In this document: one piece after another, positions 46,375-50,900 of the stretch
Layout: the number at the start of each line of letters is the position of its first letter
Numbering within the stretch: the first letter of the stretch is position 1
Assembly: GCA_031426555.1 (NCBI GenBank)
Contig: JANPLN010000001.1
Span: 1-50,900 of the forward strand
Reading direction: 5' to 3'
Length of the DNA stretch: 50,900 nucleotides
Source: Bdellovibrionales bacterium
GTDB lineage: Bacteria; Bdellovibrionota; Bdellovibrionia; Bdellovibrionales; JAGQZY01
Program-made: the position numbers and the translations under genes
The notes under the pieces: model-generated
Told to the model about the DNA's origin: nothing
The model's database searches: none
Seen by the model: only the letters and a program-made list of their open reading frames with translations

Positions 46375-47265
46375 TTAATCAATTGCGCTGCGAATGGCAT
46401 CAATGTTTTGGTTCACCCACTTGCCGAGATCGTTGGTTTCGGGTAGTCGTTTTTCGCGAAGCGTTCGGCGAAGTAAAAGTTTTTCGTTTCCGTTGTTGTA
46501 GAGAGTCGCTGTAAGACCCGGGTTTTGCGAAATATCAAAATCCCCTGATTTATAAATGGCGATGGAGTAGGAAATAGTGGCAGCGACGTAATAAACGACA
46601 CGATTTGGATCAAGAACATTTGCATAGATGCGAGAAACGTCACTGTGTTTTAAAAAATCGATGGAGTCTCTTCCTGCTCTGGCTACAAGATCATCCACCA
46701 TGAGAGCTCGTACGGGACTCATTTGGCCTACGCCAAAAGTCATTCCAACATCCATAAATGCATTCGGATTAAAGAAGTGAGAGGTAAATCGTCTAAAAAA
46801 CTCTTTTTGACCCATTAGCACGTTAATGGCGTTACTGCGATTCCAAGTGTCCACAATACAGAGCCAAAGATCATAATCTCGAGAATTTTGAAAACACTTT
46901 TGATATTTCTCTTGGGAGATAACAACGGCCAAATTCGTGCTAGGATCTTGGTTAATTTGAGCCCAAGTCTGAGCGCTAGAAAAAGATCGTGCGGCTAAAT
47001 TTTGTGCGCTGTCTTTCAGGGAAACATTGATCGCATGCTCTCCGGCAATGGCTCCAGCGATGTGGATGGGGTCGATACCGAAAGTATGAGCCGCTCGGTT
47101 GATGGGTGATTTGAGCTCTTTAACCACAGAGAGAACGCGATTGAGGTTATTGCGCGCTGAAACGGCCCGAGTTAAATCGTCGGCCGCGATGGGTACCACG
47201 GTTAACGCCTGAGAAAACGAGCAAAGTAGCTGAACAGATACAAACAAAGAAAGCATGGCTTTCAT
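46375..47265 (-). CDS. DUF1402-family secreted protein (probable lysozyme-like fold)
   Basis: IDPIHIAGAIAGEHAINV, TFGVGQMSP..AL and DISQNPGLTATLYN.G. Start reassigned to MKAMLSL after GGAGG. Confidence 0.8.
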   Translation of the reverse strand: MKAMLSLFVSVQLLCSFSQALTVVPIAADDLTRAVSARNNLNRVLSVVKELKSPINRAAHTFGIDPIHIAGAIAGEHAINVSLKDSAQNLAARSFSSAQTWAQINQDPSTNLAVVISQEKYQKCFQNSRDYDLWLCIVDTWNRSNAINVLMGQKEFFRRFTSHFFNPNAFMDVGMTFGVGQMSPVRALMVDDLVARAGRDSIDFLKHSDVSRIYANVLDPNRVVYYVAATISYSIAIYKSGDFDISQNPGLTATLYNNGNEKLLLRRTLREKRLPETNDLGKWVNQNIDAIRSAID

Positions 47266-47482
47266 AAACGAACCTCCAGATTTTGAATAGCGCAAAGTAG
47301 CAAAGAGGGCCGCATATTTCCACAGATCAGAGGGGGGTATGAAAATAGGTAATGAAATATTCCCTTCCTGCACCGCGAATCGACTAGTTCCTGTACAAGT
47401 TTATTCATTTTACAGAGTGCATAGGCAATTCTTTAGAAGTCCGCTAATGTGTCACGGATCGCTAATAGAACAAGGAGCAGGT

Positions 47483-47965
47483 ATGGCTAGATGGTTGCAC
47501 ATTAAGGTTGGGATTGCCCTGGTCACGAGTATTTTCCTGATTTCGCCACTAGTGACTCACGCGTCGGTGGATCTATTGAGCGAAGCCATGATTTACGAAT
47601 TCGACGAGGCATGGTTAGAAATCAGGGGCGAAGCCAAAGACTCCGTTTATGAAATCGCCACTCTCTACGTGAGACACACGCAGAAAAATACTGGGCTGGA
47701 GAGGCTTTTTTTCATTCCGGTGAATGTTGATTTTGGCACGCCTTCTTCGGTGCCGTTTCATGTTAGGGGAACTTGGACCTTGCCCATGGAAAATTTGAAA
47801 GGGAAAATGTTATCCGATATCCTCGGCGCTGCTCAAAAAAATGGGATGGTGATCTCAGAAGGCTTTATTAGCGAGATTGAAAAAGATGAAATATACGTGA
47901 TTTATTCAGATCGGGAACTGGTCGAGATCGTCGATTTCAAAACGCTTATGGGGATTCCGTTTTAA
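47483..47965 (+). CDS. Secreted hypothetical protein
   Basis: AAGGAG RBS before ATG 47483 and a signal peptide ending THA. Confidence 0.7.
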   Translation: MARWLHIKVGIALVTSIFLISPLVTHASVDLLSEAMIYEFDEAWLEIRGEAKDSVYEIATLYVRHTQKNTGLERLFFIPVNVDFGTPSSVPFHVRGTWTLPMENLKGKMLSDILGAAQKNGMVISEGFISEIEKDEIYVIYSDRELVEIVDFKTLMGIPF

Positions 47966-48049
47966 CTATCCATAGACTTAGGTCGCAAATCCCAAAGGGC
48001 TCATCGCTATTCCCATAGCAATGATTTAAATTTGATAGAGAGGTCGCGA

Positions 48050-48817
48050 ATGAACTTCTTGCTTCAAATTATTATCTTTTTTAGTATCGCAAATCCACTA
48101 AACACTCCTGGGCGAGCTTCAACAGAATACATCGACTCCGCGCAAGTAGAAAACTACTATCCAGATGCACCCATCAAAGCTTTACCTAAACATGCGAAGT
48201 TTCATTTTACGAAAATGCTTAACCTCTTGATTCCACGAAACGCTGATCGTTCGAAAATATATGGAGAACATAGTCTCCCATGTGAAATCGTCAGTGAAAA
48301 AGAAAACAACAAGCTACGCCGTGTGTCTCTTACAAAGGAAGTATCTTCCACCTTAGACATTCCCTACGACGAAAATCGAGTTTGTATCGACAGTCCAATT
48401 CCTGTTCCCGAAGGCTTGGATACATCCGATTTTGACGGCAAATGTAAAGTTGAAAAAAGTTTTATCATCCAAATGACGGGAAAGTGCTTAGAAGCAATTC
48501 AGTTACATGACAAATACCATTACCTTTGGTCTGTCCATGTGTCTAACCCTAAGCAGAATCCTCGCCTTTTTGCAATTCCTGGGCTAAAATCCCGCATGGA
48601 ACTCCTCTGCAATAAAGATTTGCAAACAACTGTCATCGACTTTGAAGGCGAGCTCAAAATGGTTTGCTACGGGACACAGGGGTTTACAATGGCTAGACTT
48701 ATTGAAAAAATTGAGCAGATATTTAGAATAGAAATTGAGGTTCCAGTTCCGAGTGATTTACACGATATCAACTACAGAAGACCTGCTCCAGGTCCACGTC
48801 CTCCAGTGAGCATCTAA
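48050..48817 (+). CDS. Secreted hypothetical protein (6 Cys, Pro-rich tail)
   Basis: GAGG RBS, hydrophobic N-terminus, AT-rich coding sequence. Confidence 0.7.
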   Translation: MNFLLQIIIFFSIANPLNTPGRASTEYIDSAQVENYYPDAPIKALPKHAKFHFTKMLNLLIPRNADRSKIYGEHSLPCEIVSEKENNKLRRVSLTKEVSSTLDIPYDENRVCIDSPIPVPEGLDTSDFDGKCKVEKSFIIQMTGKCLEAIQLHDKYHYLWSVHVSNPKQNPRLFAIPGLKSRMELLCNKDLQTTVIDFEGELKMVCYGTQGFTMARLIEKIEQIFRIEIEVPVPSDLHDINYRRPAPGPRPPVSI

Positions 48818-48830
48818 GATTTTTTCAAAG

Positions 48831-49637
48831 CTATTTTTGCGGTACGAAGTACGCAGGAAAATTGTGAACACTTTCTAGATGAATTGTCAGTTGATCGATA
48901 TTATTCGAAACTTGTGCCCATAGGTCATAGGCCCAAGGTGCCCGCGGCGAATTCACATTTATTGTTTCAAATTTTATAATATGATCGAGGCTTTGCCCGT
49001 GGGCTTCGTGAAAGTAGCTATCAACAATGTATTTTGCTGAATTCCAATCGACGACCACAAAGGCATGATCTTCGGCAACGTTTGTAAAGGTATTATTACG
49101 CCGATCAAAGTTGAAATGTTTATACTTCCCGTAGACCATTTGATTTGGAACGCCCGCTTCAAGAAGTGCAATATGCATAAAGAGCGCATGCTCACGGCAT
49201 GTTCCGGCTCGATTGCGAATGTATTCTCCAAAGGATATTCTTTGCTCTGGATTCGTTCGTAGGGCTTGCGCCATAGTTTCTAAATAAACAGGGTTAGAGT
49301 ATTCTCTGTTTACAAGCGTCGTGTGTGCCAGCGCAGTGAGTATTTCAATTTTCTCTTTAGTCTTTAGGTGTCTGATTGCGTGTGCTTTTGTAACAACAGC
49401 GGCAAGCGAAGCGTGTTTATAGTCTATAAAAGTGTGAGGCTGTAAACCGCCGTTGGCAATGCTGCCCTCGATAAGGCTTCCATCGCGCAAAGTTACAAAT
49501 CCTCCATGTTGCACGTAAAACGTATTTAATTTAGAGAATAAACCGAAACAACTGTTCGACGCAGATTCGGCAGGCAGCTGACTAAATGTTAGCCACGCAA
49601 AGATAAGTATAAGTGATCTTGCCAGTTTAAGGGTCAT
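48831..49637 (-). CDS. Secreted transglutaminase/papain-like Cys-His-Asp protein
   Basis: GTCREHAL, DHAFVVV and YIVDS triad pattern. Start reassigned to MTLKLARS after GAGGA. Confidence 0.75.
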   Translation of the reverse strand: MTLKLARSLILIFAWLTFSQLPAESASNSCFGLFSKLNTFYVQHGGFVTLRDGSLIEGSIANGGLQPHTFIDYKHASLAAVVTKAHAIRHLKTKEKIEILTALAHTTLVNREYSNPVYLETMAQALRTNPEQRISFGEYIRNRAGTCREHALFMHIALLEAGVPNQMVYGKYKHFNFDRRNNTFTNVAEDHAFVVVDWNSAKYIVDSYFHEAHGQSLDHIIKFETINVNSPRAPWAYDLWAQVSNNIDQLTIHLESVHNFPAYFVPQK

Positions 49638-49661
49638 ATCTAGTTCCTCTTTATCTAAATA

Positions 49662-49677
49662 AGCAAATGCCTTACCA
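49662..49677 (-). promoter_or_regulatory. sigma54 promoter
   Basis: Minus strand TGGTAA-GGCAT-TTGCT with GG-N10-GC spacing, 24 nt before ATG 49637. Confidence 0.55.
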
Positions 49678-49700
49678 AAGGTTCTGGACCATGGTTCAGT

Positions 49701-49745
49701 TAAAATCATCTCATTTTGAGCCGATAGGTAGAGTAACAAGGATGT
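49701..49745 (+). promoter_or_regulatory. sigma28 promoter plus CsrA site over the RBS
   Basis: TAAA-N15-GCCGATAG (49701-49727) and ACAAGGATGT (49736-49745). Confidence 0.75.
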
Positions 49746-49748
49746 CAT

Positions 49749-50333
49749 ATGAAAAGAATCCAGCTACCTATTTTGTTTTTACTGTTTTCGGTGCTCGAAG
49801 TGCAGGTGCAAGCTGCCGACGGTGAAGCCGTCGTGATCGAAGTGAAAAAGAATATTCAACTTTCAAAAAACGAAAAAGTTTTTAAAAACTTCTTTATCAA
49901 CGGTGGAGAAAATCTGGGACTCAAAAAAGGTCACATCGTCGATGTGCTTCGCCGAGTACCGTTTCACGATCCTCTCAAGAATATTTCAGTGGGTGACATT
50001 CGCGTGAAGGTGGCGGAGCTCGAAATTATTCATGCCGATGGCTTGTTGAGCGTTGCGCGACAGATTCGCATGGAAGATCCAGAAAGTAGACCCGTTTTGG
50101 ATTACGAAGCGGTGATGGTGGGCGATCGCCTAGATTTAGCCACGGCCCGCGCCCCCAAGAAAATGGCTTTACTGAATCCTTCGAATGAGGCAAAACAGCT
50201 CATGAAGGAAGGCGAGCAGAACCTACAAGAACTTGTGAACTCAAAAGCGACCCGCAAAATTGCGAGTGTTAGCCAAGTTACAAGTAAAAAGCCAGAATCA
50301 CTGAAGAAAGCTGCTCTGCAAAAAAAGAAGTGA
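49749..50333 (+). CDS. Secreted protein resembling the FlgT C-terminal domain
   Basis: Signal peptide and FINGG...GLKKG..VDV.R.....DP......G.....VAELEII pattern. Preceded by a FliA promoter. Confidence 0.6.
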   Translation: MKRIQLPILFLLFSVLEVQVQAADGEAVVIEVKKNIQLSKNEKVFKNFFINGGENLGLKKGHIVDVLRRVPFHDPLKNISVGDIRVKVAELEIIHADGLLSVARQIRMEDPESRPVLDYEAVMVGDRLDLATARAPKKMALLNPSNEAKQLMKEGEQNLQELVNSKATRKIASVSQVTSKKPESLKKAALQKKK

Positions 50334-50900
50334 GCGATAAACAGTCCGAACAATACCTCGAAGTTTTTATTTCGCAACTGCATCGCAAGGTGGAAGATGA
50401 AATCAGTGGCCAACTCTTTCATTGGGGCGCCATGGGTGTTTGTGAAAACCTTCAGTTTGTTCAATCCGATATTCGTTTTAATCCCGCAGTCAAAGTGAAT
50501 GACGATCTTCGCCTGATTGCTTACTTCTCCACTGATGTGGCGATTCAGCCGCTGATCGAGCGCATCAAATCCCACCATCCCACAGCTTCCGTAACGGTGG
50601 TGAAAGCCGACCACAAGGATTGGCTGGAAGAGTGGAAAAAAGGCTATGTGGCCTTTCCGCTCACGGACGGTCTTTCAGATGGTCCATCGAACGGCATTTG
50701 GGTAGTGCCGAGCTGGAAGCCGGTTCCCGAGCAGGCAAAGATGCCCATTTTTATCGATCCCGGTATGGCATTTGGAACGGGAACCCACGAAACCACGCAG
50801 ATATGCAGTCATATGATTTTTGAGAATATGAAACAAAATTCCAGCCAAACCGCCATTGTTGTGTGGACTGTTACAGGAATTTTAGGAATTCTTCTATCAA
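50330..50900 (+). CDS. prmA: Ribosomal protein L11 methyltransferase (3'-truncated by window edge)
   Basis: Not in the ORF track because it has no stop. GTG 50330 overlaps the previous TGA. Frame gives DWLEEWKKGY, WVVPSW and IDPGMAFGTGTHETT. Confidence 0.93.
   Translation, partial: MSDKQSEQYLEVFISQLHRKVEDEISGQLFHWGAMGVCENLQFVQSDIRFNPAVKVNDDLRLIAYFSTDVAIQPLIERIKSHHPTASVTVVKADHKDWLEEWKKGYVAFPLTDGLSDGPSNGIWVVPSWKPVPEQAKMPIFIDPGMAFGTGTHETTQICSHMIFENMKQNSSQTAIVVWTVTGILGILLS

Overview
50.9 kb of bacterial chromosome, most consistent with a Bdellovibrionota (Bdellovibrio-like predator). This assignment is inferred from the flgFGAHIJMNKL-csrA-fliW gene order, the many orphan secreted proteins, and several sigma54 and sigma28 promoters. 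The left two thirds hold housekeeping genes (aroC, ggt, trmB, trxB, yggS, msrC, peptide ABC components), a TetR-controlled MMPL/LolA-like/beta-barrel lipid-trafficking operon, and interspersed secreted orphans. The right third holds a flagellar rod/hook cluster, an island of secreted orphans, a FlgT-C-like gene and the 5' part of prmA. No rRNA, tRNA, CRISPR array, transposase, integrase or reverse transcriptase was seen. Three signals stand out. (1) A 212-nt flgI-flgJ spacer folds into GGA-loop hairpins like a CsrB/RsmZ-type CsrA-binding RNA. It lies in a cluster that also encodes FliW, and matching GGA hairpins cover four other start sites. (2) A DUF1566/C-type-lectin-fold lipoprotein ends in a GC-rich run of NNC codons typical of a diversity-generating-retroelement variable region, with no template or RT in the window. 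(3) A ~972-aa sigma28-driven, apparently leaderless, secreted zinc-ribbon protein is split by a one-base frameshift.
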